Positions 1-10,604 of a DNA stretch of 64,000 bases are shown piece after piece. Made by a program: the position numbers and the translations under genes. The stretch is from an uncultured Nitrososphaerota archaeon (GTDB lineage Archaea; Asgardarchaeota; Njordarchaeia; Njordarchaeales; Njordarchaeaceae): assembly GCA_964518475.1 (NCBI GenBank), contig CAZFGR010000001.1, positions 96,001 through 160,000 on the forward strand, written 5' to 3'. Within the stretch, counting starts at the first letter, position 1. Every line of letters starts with the position of its first letter. The notes below the pieces were generated by a model, which saw nothing but the letters and a program-made list of their open reading frames with translations, was not told the DNA's origin and searched no databases.

Positions 1-523
1 AACCAAATCCCCAACCTTTCTGAACCATCTCATCAAGAAGAATAATTACAATACCAGCAAATAGTAGCTGGATGAAAACCAGTAATGCTTGACCAGGTTT
101 CAGTGACCCGTAAGCTCCTCCTATAATGTATGCAGCACTTTCAAAAATAGTCATTATGACAGCCATTGCTTTATTGGCAGCATTAAACAATTGTCGCTCA
201 GCGGGATCGGTTAGATCAACGTTTATCATCTTACTACCAACGAGAATTTCTAAGATTAAACCACCCGTTACTATGGGGCCTATTCCGAGTTCCGCTAATG
301 TACCCCTTGTACTGGCTAATATCACCCTTAAAGTCCAGAAAATATCAACCCCCGCTTCTCGCTCTATACCATATAGCGGAACTGTACTCATTATCATGTA
401 GATAACTACGGCGACAATTGTCCAGATGAGCTTTGTTCGGAATCCAGGATCTCTCTCCGGCTTTTTAACAGAGGGAACGATACGCGCAAGAGGAGCTACT
501 GTTCTAAGAAAAAGTGAAGGCAT
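1..523 (-). CDS. secY: Protein translocase SecY/Sec61alpha, 5' part (runs off the window edge)
   Basis: Manual translation from ATG 523: MPSLFLRTVAPLARIVPSVKKPERDPGFRTKLIWT...ASTRGTLAELGIGPIVTGGLILEIL...LLDEMVQKGWGFG. Lies downstream of uL15 as in the spc operon. Not in the ORF track. Confidence 0.97.
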   Translation of the reverse strand, partial: MPSLFLRTVAPLARIVPSVKKPERDPGFRTKLIWTIVAVVIYMIMSTVPLYGIEREAGVDIFWTLRVILASTRGTLAELGIGPIVTGGLILEILVGSKMINVDLTDPAERQLFNAANKAMAVIMTIFESAAYIIGGAYGSLKPGQALLVFIQLLFAGIVIILLDEMVQKGWGFG

Positions 524-562
524 AAAACCCCCTTCTTGCCAGTATTTCTAATTACTTAAATA

Positions 563-1027
563 TTACTGGTTAGGAATTAATACTTCGCCGCCCGCGGCCT
601 CAATTTTCTCTCTGGCTCTTTCAGTTAAAGCAATCTTGTCATCTAAGATCAATTTTACTGGATCTTTGACGGCGCCTCCCCCGAGGACCTTTGTTACACC
701 CATACCTCTAAGATCGACTACTATTTTTCCGTTTTCATTCTCGCTACGTATTCTACCACTTTTTGCCAATTCTATAAGCCTACCTATATTTATAGCACGC
801 TCTATCCTAAAGGGTCCATGAGGAGTAAAACCTCTGGATCCGTATTCGTAACCTTCCTTTAGAAGCCCAGGTTTCTTATGGTCCTTAATACCTGCCTTCC
901 CTTTTCCTCCTCGTTGTCCCTTGCCTCTATGTCCGCCGCTAACCTGTCCATAACCAGCGTAGCGTTTTCCCCTTAACTTCTTCGTTTTTTTCTCCTTTCT
1001 CTTAAGTCGTATCTTAGCCATTTTCAA
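563..1027 (-). CDS. rpl15: 50S ribosomal protein uL15
   Basis: GHRGKGQRGGKGKAG and KVLGGG...AREKIEAAGG motifs; precedes secY. Confidence 0.96.
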   Translation of the reverse strand: MKMAKIRLKRKEKKTKKLRGKRYAGYGQVSGGHRGKGQRGGKGKAGIKDHKKPGLLKEGYEYGSRGFTPHGPFRIERAINIGRLIELAKSGRIRSENENGKIVVDLRGMGVTKVLGGGAVKDPVKLILDDKIALTERAREKIEAAGGEVLIPNQ

Positions 1028-1146
1028 GCACCACCAGCTAGAGCGTTAATAACCATTCAACATACCTTTTATCACTAGTGTTTTCCATTCTTAAATTATT
1101 CAGCCGTATTTTGCGAAGTGAACTATATTTAGGAAGATGATTCAAT

Positions 1147-1584
1147 ATGAAAGAGCAACGCTCTCCTTACTTAGCTGTTGACGCTGTAGTCCTGAGCTCT
1201 GACTGCAAAAAAATTCTTTTAATAAAACGCCGTAATGAACCCTACAAGGATCATTATGCTCTCCCAGGTGGTTTCGTAGAGTGGGGAGAAACAACAGAAG
1301 ACGCTTGTAAAAGGGAGGTTCTGGAAGAAACTTCCTTAAGTGTGGAAATTATTGATCTCGTGGGCGTTTTTTCGCGACCAGATAGGGATCCTCGCGGACA
1401 CGTTGTGTCTATAGCATATCTTTGTAAAGCAAAGAGTTATAATGCTGAAGCATATAGTGATGCAAAAGAGACTCTCTGGGTACCAATACATGAAATTCTT
1501 GAAGGAAAAATAAGATTAGCATTTGATCACTTCGACATAATAAAAGAAGCTCTTAAAAAACTCAGAGAAAAGGAGGTGTGTTAG
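1147..1584 (+). CDS. NUDIX hydrolase (ADP-ribose pyrophosphatase-like)
   Basis: Nudix box GGFVEWGETTEDACKREVLEETSL; RDPRGH motif. Confidence 0.93.
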   Translation: MKEQRSPYLAVDAVVLSSDCKKILLIKRRNEPYKDHYALPGGFVEWGETTEDACKREVLEETSLSVEIIDLVGVFSRPDRDPRGHVVSIAYLCKAKSYNAEAYSDAKETLWVPIHEILEGKIRLAFDHFDIIKEALKKLREKEVC

Positions 1585-1796
1585 AATTGACTAATGCAGA
1601 AGAGATATACCCAATAGTAAAGAGTCCACTTCTAAGAAAGAAGCGAAAAGGAAAAGGTTTTTCGCTCAAGGAATTAGCTACTGTTGGTTTAACTATCGAA
1701 GAAGCTCGAAAACTGAGTATTCCAGTAGATAAAAGGAGAAAATCTACTCACGAAGAAAACATAAGGATATTGAAGGAAATATTGAAAAAAGTGTAA
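1578..1796 (+). CDS. rpl13e: 50S ribosomal protein eL13
   Basis: RKGKGFSLKEL...IPVDKRRKSTHEENI motif. Confidence 0.92.
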   Translation: MLELTNAEEIYPIVKSPLLRKKRKGKGFSLKELATVGLTIEEARKLSIPVDKRRKSTHEENIRILKEILKKV

Positions 1797-1877
1797 AAAT
1801 TGGGGAGTTATAATTTTTATCTAAAATTATCTATATTGTGTGGAAAAAATTTCCAAATTTTTTCGCGGTGTAAAAAT

Positions 1878-2177
1878 ATGCCGGGAAAAGAAGAAATAAA
1901 GAAACATTTTAGGGAGGGATTACTTAAACCTGGAATAATTATAGCAACTCCCGATTATTTATACGGGTTATATGAGATAGGTCCTAATAAATGGCGCCAA
2001 GTCAGCTATACTTTTTCTGATAAGGACTTATCAGTTGAGGATATCGATACACGAAAAGCTCTTCTATATCTTATCGAGGAAGTAAGTAAGAGTCTCGTAA
2101 CACTCAATAAAGGAGAGTGGAAAGTAATACTTTCCGAAGCAGAACTTGATGAGATAATCGATAAATACGTTACATAA
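1878..2177 (+). CDS. Hypothetical protein (~99 aa)
   Basis: ATG 1878 preceded by GGTG SD-like site; no family recognised. Confidence 0.65.
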   Translation: MPGKEEIKKHFREGLLKPGIIIATPDYLYGLYEIGPNKWRQVSYTFSDKDLSVEDIDTRKALLYLIEEVSKSLVTLNKGEWKVILSEAELDEIIDKYVT

Positions 2178-2189
2178 TATTGGCACTCT

Positions 2190-2729
2190 TTAGAGTCCTA
2201 ATTCTTCATAAACTCTTTTGACTTCTTTTATTACTTCCTTAAAGTCCGGTAATTCTTCTTGTCTCTTAAGCTCTGCACCACATACGGGGCATGTAAAGTT
2301 CGTTTTTTCGGCTTCCTCTCCTAAAACTTTGTGCCCACATTCTTGGCAAACATAGATTTCCTCTCGTTCTAACAGCTCGGCTAATCGGGATAGGTTATAA
2401 ATTGCTTGTTTCAGCCTATTTTTGAATGCTCTATAGATTATTAGGGGGTCAGTACTCCAATAATTTAGAGTCCAACCAGTTTCAGGATCTCTTTCTTTTA
2501 TTGAGAAAATCAAGCCCTCACTCTTGAACGTAGCAATAATATTTCTAACATCAGTTAATGGTAACCCTGTTATTTTTGCAATTTCCTCTTCTGTCAGATT
2601 TCCATTGCTTAGCAAAGCAGCAGCTATTTGAAGACCACTTTCTCCTCCTAACTTTTGCGCAAGAAAAAGAAACATTATTCTTATCTTGTTCAATTCGATT
2701 TCACTAAAGCTAGAAGCCAAGTTATACAC
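2190..2729 (-). CDS. tfe: Transcription factor TFE (TFIIE-alpha)
   Basis: N-terminal wHTH, RDPETGWTLNYW, CxxC...FTCPVCG Zn ribbon. Confidence 0.92.
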   Translation of the reverse strand: MYNLASSFSEIELNKIRIMFLFLAQKLGGESGLQIAAALLSNGNLTEEEIAKITGLPLTDVRNIIATFKSEGLIFSIKERDPETGWTLNYWSTDPLIIYRAFKNRLKQAIYNLSRLAELLEREEIYVCQECGHKVLGEEAEKTNFTCPVCGAELKRQEELPDFKEVIKEVKRVYEELGL

Positions 2730-2800
2730 CGTGATCCATAAGGTGGTTGATAAGAAAAATTACTGTACTGAATAAACACACTTTTGTTAAGGTTAACTTT

Positions 2801-4063
2801 TTAAGGCTTCTGTAAAAGAGATGCAAAGAACCCTATATCGTCATGAATATCTGGATAAGTCCTTAATGCCTTATCTCCGCCAGGAATCTCTTTTAATCCC
2901 CGTCCACCCCATCTAAAGTCCCCTTTAATTGGTTCTAAATTCCATGTTTCTATTAGATATTTCGTAATAAATTCACCTTCTGCAGGGTCGAGACTCGGCA
3001 CCATATAAAGGATTCTTCCCCCTTTTCTAACTGCTGGGACTATTTTGTCTAAGAGTAACTTAGCAAGTCTTGAGAGCCTTATAATATCCTCTTCTTTTAG
3101 AAAAGCTGTTATCCGAGGTCTTAAGCCTATTTTAGAATTACGAGGCGATACAATTACCGTGTCAAACGCTTCATTTTCTAGCTTTAAGTATTTATACTCC
3201 ACAACATGCCATTTGATTCTTTTTTCAAATGATTCTAATCTCATCTTTTTTAGCGCTTCCCTTATTCTCAAATCTTCAAGTTCGGTTTTACTAACTACTG
3301 TAATGTCTGCTCTTCCGTGAGTTAACTGAATAATATAGGCTAGATCTTCAGCGGAAGGAGATACACAAAGGATTTTCTCGTCCTCGCTTGGGTTAAGCCA
3401 CTTTAATGCTTGTGTAGAAGCCATGCTGGCTATGTAAGCGTCCCCAATCATAAAGGGTCGCAGAGTTTTTAAGTTAGGAATTCTGTAGATACTTTCTTTT
3501 ACTTCAACTACTATTCCTTTTAGATTCTTTTCCGTATGAGATACTTTCGAGATACCGTAAGCGATTACCTCACCAAATCTGGTCACTACGTTTACCTCAT
3601 CTCCAATCTCAACACCCTCACCTACTCGCAAGACGCCTGGTGCGTATAGATTTGCCCCAAGTAGTATCCCTTCAGCACTTTTATCTTTCACAACCACCTC
3701 TTTTTCGACTTTTTTTACTTCAAAGGGTCCTTCTACGCGTATGAACAGCACATCACGAAATACTCTTGATGGATAGATGTTCACTCCAGCTGATCTTAAT
3801 TCCTCGACGATTCTATCCGGATCAGCTCTTAACGTATTAACACGAATAGCCAAGTTTTTGGGGGGTGTACGTAGCGCCTTGATAATTCTTATTGCTCTGA
3901 AGATTCCATAATATACTGAGAGACGAAGAATTACATCTTCAGAATAATGGAATTGTCTCCTTAGGTTTACTAGTTCCTTACTTATGGGACCTCCTACTAG
4001 ATTTTTAGCATTCATCACAACTCCCTCAGAGCTCTTTATTGCACGTATGTAGCTACGCTTCAA
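2801..4063 (-). CDS. PUA-containing RsmB/NOP2/NSUN6-family protein with degenerate catalytic motifs
   Basis: IRVNTLR, PUA domain (GANLYAPGV), C-terminal PDIHDDIGFFASLL; SAM-binding and Cys motifs replaced. Confidence 0.85.
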   Translation of the reverse strand: MKRSYIRAIKSSEGVVMNAKNLVGGPISKELVNLRRQFHYSEDVILRLSVYYGIFRAIRIIKALRTPPKNLAIRVNTLRADPDRIVEELRSAGVNIYPSRVFRDVLFIRVEGPFEVKKVEKEVVVKDKSAEGILLGANLYAPGVLRVGEGVEIGDEVNVVTRFGEVIAYGISKVSHTEKNLKGIVVEVKESIYRIPNLKTLRPFMIGDAYIASMASTQALKWLNPSEDEKILCVSPSAEDLAYIIQLTHGRADITVVSKTELEDLRIREALKKMRLESFEKRIKWHVVEYKYLKLENEAFDTVIVSPRNSKIGLRPRITAFLKEEDIIRLSRLAKLLLDKIVPAVRKGGRILYMVPSLDPAEGEFITKYLIETWNLEPIKGDFRWGGRGLKEIPGGDKALRTYPDIHDDIGFFASLLQKP

Positions 4064-4203
4064 TGATATTATCAGTCATAATTCATCCGATCTTTCTCGG
4101 GGTTATTATCTCGTGAATAAATACTCTAGACCCATAAATAAATATTTGAGACTAAAAATGGCAAAAGGATTTGAAATAACCACTATACTTTGGGTGTGAT
4201 TAA

Positions 4204-5415
4204 ATGAATAAAAAGATGATTAAGGCTTCTGAGCGTGCACTTAGGATATCGTATGCAATTAGAGAACTCGTGAGTCTTGCTGAAAAAGTTAAACGAGAGA
4301 GTGGGGAGGAAATATTATACCTAAATATAGGAGACCCATTAAAATATGATTTCGATATACCAGAGCACTTAAAGGATGCTATTTGTGAAGCTATTAAAGA
4401 GGGTTATAACTTCTATGCTCATAGCCTAGGTCTTCCCGAACTAAGAAACGCTATTGTTGAAAGAGAGAAGAGAGATAATGGAGTTAGTATCTCTCCCGAT
4501 GACGTTCTGGTAACAAATGGTACTGCAGAAGCGATAATGGCTGTTTTTGCTGCTCTACGTCCTGGCGACGAGGTATTAGTTCCTAGCCCAACATATCCCC
4601 CATACATTTCTGCAGCTGAGTTTTTCGAGATCAGACCCGTTGAATATAGAACAATAGAGGAGGAGGGATGGGTACCAGATATCGACGACATCCGACGAAA
4701 AATCTCTGATAAGACTAGAGCAATTGTTATAATTAATCCTAATAATCCCACTGGTGCTTTGTATTCTTCAAAACAAGTAAGAGAAATAATCGATATCGCT
4801 GGAGAATATTCTCTCTTCGTAATTTCTGATGAAATCTATGATCGCATCGTATTTGAGGGAGAAAAAGCCCCTAATGCTGCAAAATTAGCTAACGATGTCC
4901 CAACCCTTGTTTTCTATGGACTGAGTAAAGTATACCTAGCTACGGGTTGGCGAGTAGGATATGTCTATAAATGGGATCCAGAGGGAGCGCTTTCGGAAAT
5001 TTGGCAAGCTATGATGAAATACTTGCTTGTTAGAATTTCTGGATTTACCCCCGCACAACGAGCCGCAATCGCCGCTTTGCTAGGTCCGCAGGATCATATT
5101 AAGGTTCTAGTTAATAAACTAAGAGAGAAAAGAGACTACTCGCATAAGCGATTAAATGAAATAGATGGAATTTCTGCTCAGTTGCCAAGGGGAGCCTTCT
5201 ACATATTCCCTAAGATAGATATACCAGCCTACAAGAACAGGGACAAAGATTTTGTAATTGATTTGCTCAAAGAGGAAAAAGTTCTAGTGGTGCATGGTTC
5301 TGGTTTTGGTAGTTACGGAGTCAATCACTTTAGAATGGTATTCCTACCCCCCATTAACATGTTAGAAGAGGCTATCAATAGGATTGAAAGATTTGTAAAA
5401 AAGAAAATCGCATAG
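4204..5415 (+). CDS. PLP-dependent aminotransferase class I/II (alanine/aspartate aminotransferase-like)
   Basis: LNIGDP, INPNNPTG, SDEIYD, GLSKVYLATGWRVG. Confidence 0.95.
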   Translation: MNKKMIKASERALRISYAIRELVSLAEKVKRESGEEILYLNIGDPLKYDFDIPEHLKDAICEAIKEGYNFYAHSLGLPELRNAIVEREKRDNGVSISPDDVLVTNGTAEAIMAVFAALRPGDEVLVPSPTYPPYISAAEFFEIRPVEYRTIEEEGWVPDIDDIRRKISDKTRAIVIINPNNPTGALYSSKQVREIIDIAGEYSLFVISDEIYDRIVFEGEKAPNAAKLANDVPTLVFYGLSKVYLATGWRVGYVYKWDPEGALSEIWQAMMKYLLVRISGFTPAQRAAIAALLGPQDHIKVLVNKLREKRDYSHKRLNEIDGISAQLPRGAFYIFPKIDIPAYKNRDKDFVIDLLKEEKVLVVHGSGFGSYGVNHFRMVFLPPINMLEEAINRIERFVKKKIA

Positions 5416-5428
5416 AAATAAAAAATGC

Positions 5429-8224
5429 TTATTTCTTTTCTCTTTTCCTCAATAAGTATCGTTTAGGTATTTTTCCTCCGAAATATATCCATACAAATAC
5501 GTATAGAATCGATAAACCAACTATAAGAGAACCCATAAGAATAGATCCGTAAGCTTCAAAGAACCTTGCAAGCACGCCTTTTCTTTCCTTAACACTAAGG
5601 CTTAGACTACCTAATAGGAATTTATCGCTAGCCCTGTATATTGTTATGTTATATTCACCCTGTTCCTTTGGAATGAAGGAGAATCGATATACCCCCACCC
5701 CTACCTCGTATAGTCCGATTTTTTCAGTGATTTCTCCCTTAGATACGTTAGCAACAATAACCAGATCACTTAAGGGCTTCTTAGTAATGTTGCAAACAAC
5801 TATAAGATCAATTGTTACTTCTTCTTCAACGTAGGCTACTGGAGGCTTTATGATATTCTCTAATTCTGGGTAGCCAATTACATTAACTCTAAGTCTATTC
5901 TTGCCATCGATTAATCTTATAATTGTCCTAGAATTGTTATGGGGTAGGAATATCTCAAACTCCAAGGAGACATTTCCTGCTGGGATATTAGGATTCACTG
6001 TGAAATTAGCTAAATATATTTTTTGGGACTCATTGTAGACTAATTTGACGATATCCCAAGTCATATTAGAGAACTCGCCAGTTCCTAGAACTTTTAAGTT
6101 AATTGATGCGTTTTCTATCCTTGCTCCGCTATTATTTGCTAATAATTCTGCATATAAGATTATTTGTTCGCCCAGTACAAACTCTAGTCCTTTAGCTTGA
6201 TCTGCAAGCCTTATCGCTAAGTCATTCAGTGTTATATTAAGTTGGAAGAGTTGATACTGTTGGGCAAAGTTTTCTTGCCATACTATTCTCAGCTCTGCAA
6301 TGAAGGTTTCACTAGGAGGTAATCTTGCTGGCAATGAATCATTAATTACTAGGAGGCCTCTATCTACCCATGAGCCTTTAATTTTTATCCATGTTCCCTC
6401 TTCATACTCTAATTCCAGCGATACATTAGATCTGGAGGGGATCTCCATTCCTGAAGAATTATACCGTAAAGAGATGTTAAATTGTAGCGGGCTCCCTAGG
6501 CTGTACTCTTCCTTAAGACCCTCATAGCTAATTAATATTGAATCGTTTATCAGAATGTTTCTTCGGGCAAATGTGTGATTGGAGCCGTGAGAATCATTTA
6601 CCCTGAACTCAATTCTATAATACCCAAGAGGCGCTGTGGGCGAAACGTTCCATTTGATCTCAACGGTCTTGTTTATTAAATCAGTATATGTAAGGACTTC
6701 CTCTTCTGAGTAATGAATTGATATGCTTACTCTTCCTTCTTGAGGAAAACTTCCATTAGCATATGTGACGTTGGTGCGAATTAGTACACTTTCTCCCGGA
6801 TGAGCAGTCTTGCTTACCAGTATTTCTAGTTGATAACCTACTCTAAACGATGCATGATACATAAAAGCTCTTTTAGCGAATAGCGGAAATGCTTGAGATA
6901 GTTCTATGGACAGCGTAAAGTTTCCGAAACCAAGAATATTCGGAACAAATGTAACAAAATACTCAGAGACATTATCAAATATTAGATATCCTTTTTCTCC
7001 TACTGGTTGAAGACTATATCTTAATTCAAAATTGTCGAGATCATTATTAATGAATAGAGCCTTGACTCGGACTTCGATCAATTCTGGATAATCGATGGCG
7101 ATTTGCTCCCCCGGAGACACTTCATGTTCAAATTTTAGATAGTTCTCATAAATACCTGTTACTAAATAAGTTAAGATAGCCCCAAAAGCTTGGAAAATAT
7201 TTTCCCCATTGGAATCTAGAGGCGATTTCTTAATGCCTCCTACAGCACTTTGGCTCTCATTGACGAAAATTATTATCTTTTCATAAAGTGACGAGTTTTC
7301 ATAACCCAGCGCGTATAGTAGGTCAGTAGCTAATCCAGTTTCAAAGACTGACGGTTCTTTTTCACCGAAACCAACCCAAAAGTTATTGCTTCCCCAGTGA
7401 GCCCATTTCTTGAGAATTGTAGTAATTATCTTTTCTTTCTCCTTCTCTACAAACTGTTCATCAATAACACTTAATACCCTTATCGCAAAGAAAGTCTCTA
7501 CCAAGTTACTTACAGCGGTGGAGTTGTCCTCGAAGACCCCATCCGAATAATACTTCTCCATAATCTCTGCAAGTCGGGTAAAGTTTGCTTTTTGCGACTT
7601 CAGTAGTTGCAATGCGAGAACTCCTAGAACTGTCGTGTATAGATCGGGAGAAGAATTATTCTCAGCAATGCCAGTGTCGGTTACGTGACTCAATAAGTAC
7701 TGCTCAGTCCTTGTTTTATTGAAACTATCAAAGTCTACCATTGTCAAATTCATTACCATTAATGCGTACGCCGTGGCTTTAATGCTCACATTCCCTCCTA
7801 TCCAATCTCTAAAGCCACCTATATCTTCTGCGTAAAGGAGCTTAAGAAAATTCGATAAATCCTCACCAGTGACATCTTCAATCTTGCCTACAAGATACAG
7901 CGCCATTATTCCATAGAACGTAGCGTTAATGTATGCATCATCATATTTTCTTAGAGGAAAGGCTCCATAGTCTGTCCTTAGAGATTCGATGTAATCAATT
8001 AATTTTTCTATATCAAGATCACTTGATTCATTAGTTTGCATCATCGTGTAGAATGGAGAAGAATGATAGTTTCTTAGCACATTTTTGTTGTGAATTCTCA
8101 CTTCTACATTTTTCTCGAAGCTCTTCTTAATGATATTCGATTGCATAGCCACTGTTGCCATAGGCACTATTAATAATAGCCATAACACAGTGACAGCCCA
8201 AGCTTTTCTCATGATCAACACCAT
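5429..8224 (-). CDS. Large secreted, C-terminally anchored protein: prenyltransferase/terpene-cyclase-like helical repeats followed by Ig-like domains
   Basis: N-terminal signal peptide; repeats such as GGFRDWIGGNVSIKATAYAL and GGIKKSP...IFQAFGAI; beta-rich C-terminal half; many N-x-S/T sequons; C-terminal TM helix with basic tail. Confidence 0.7.
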   Translation of the reverse strand: MVLIMRKAWAVTVLWLLLIVPMATVAMQSNIIKKSFEKNVEVRIHNKNVLRNYHSSPFYTMMQTNESSDLDIEKLIDYIESLRTDYGAFPLRKYDDAYINATFYGIMALYLVGKIEDVTGEDLSNFLKLLYAEDIGGFRDWIGGNVSIKATAYALMVMNLTMVDFDSFNKTRTEQYLLSHVTDTGIAENNSSPDLYTTVLGVLALQLLKSQKANFTRLAEIMEKYYSDGVFEDNSTAVSNLVETFFAIRVLSVIDEQFVEKEKEKIITTILKKWAHWGSNNFWVGFGEKEPSVFETGLATDLLYALGYENSSLYEKIIIFVNESQSAVGGIKKSPLDSNGENIFQAFGAILTYLVTGIYENYLKFEHEVSPGEQIAIDYPELIEVRVKALFINNDLDNFELRYSLQPVGEKGYLIFDNVSEYFVTFVPNILGFGNFTLSIELSQAFPLFAKRAFMYHASFRVGYQLEILVSKTAHPGESVLIRTNVTYANGSFPQEGRVSISIHYSEEEVLTYTDLINKTVEIKWNVSPTAPLGYYRIEFRVNDSHGSNHTFARRNILINDSILISYEGLKEEYSLGSPLQFNISLRYNSSGMEIPSRSNVSLELEYEEGTWIKIKGSWVDRGLLVINDSLPARLPPSETFIAELRIVWQENFAQQYQLFQLNITLNDLAIRLADQAKGLEFVLGEQIILYAELLANNSGARIENASINLKVLGTGEFSNMTWDIVKLVYNESQKIYLANFTVNPNIPAGNVSLEFEIFLPHNNSRTIIRLIDGKNRLRVNVIGYPELENIIKPPVAYVEEEVTIDLIVVCNITKKPLSDLVIVANVSKGEITEKIGLYEVGVGVYRFSFIPKEQGEYNITIYRASDKFLLGSLSLSVKERKGVLARFFEAYGSILMGSLIVGLSILYVFVWIYFGGKIPKRYLLRKREKK

Positions 8225-8235
8225 TTTCTTCTTGA

Positions 8236-10602
<2,367 letters not shown>

Positions 10603-10604
10603 AG

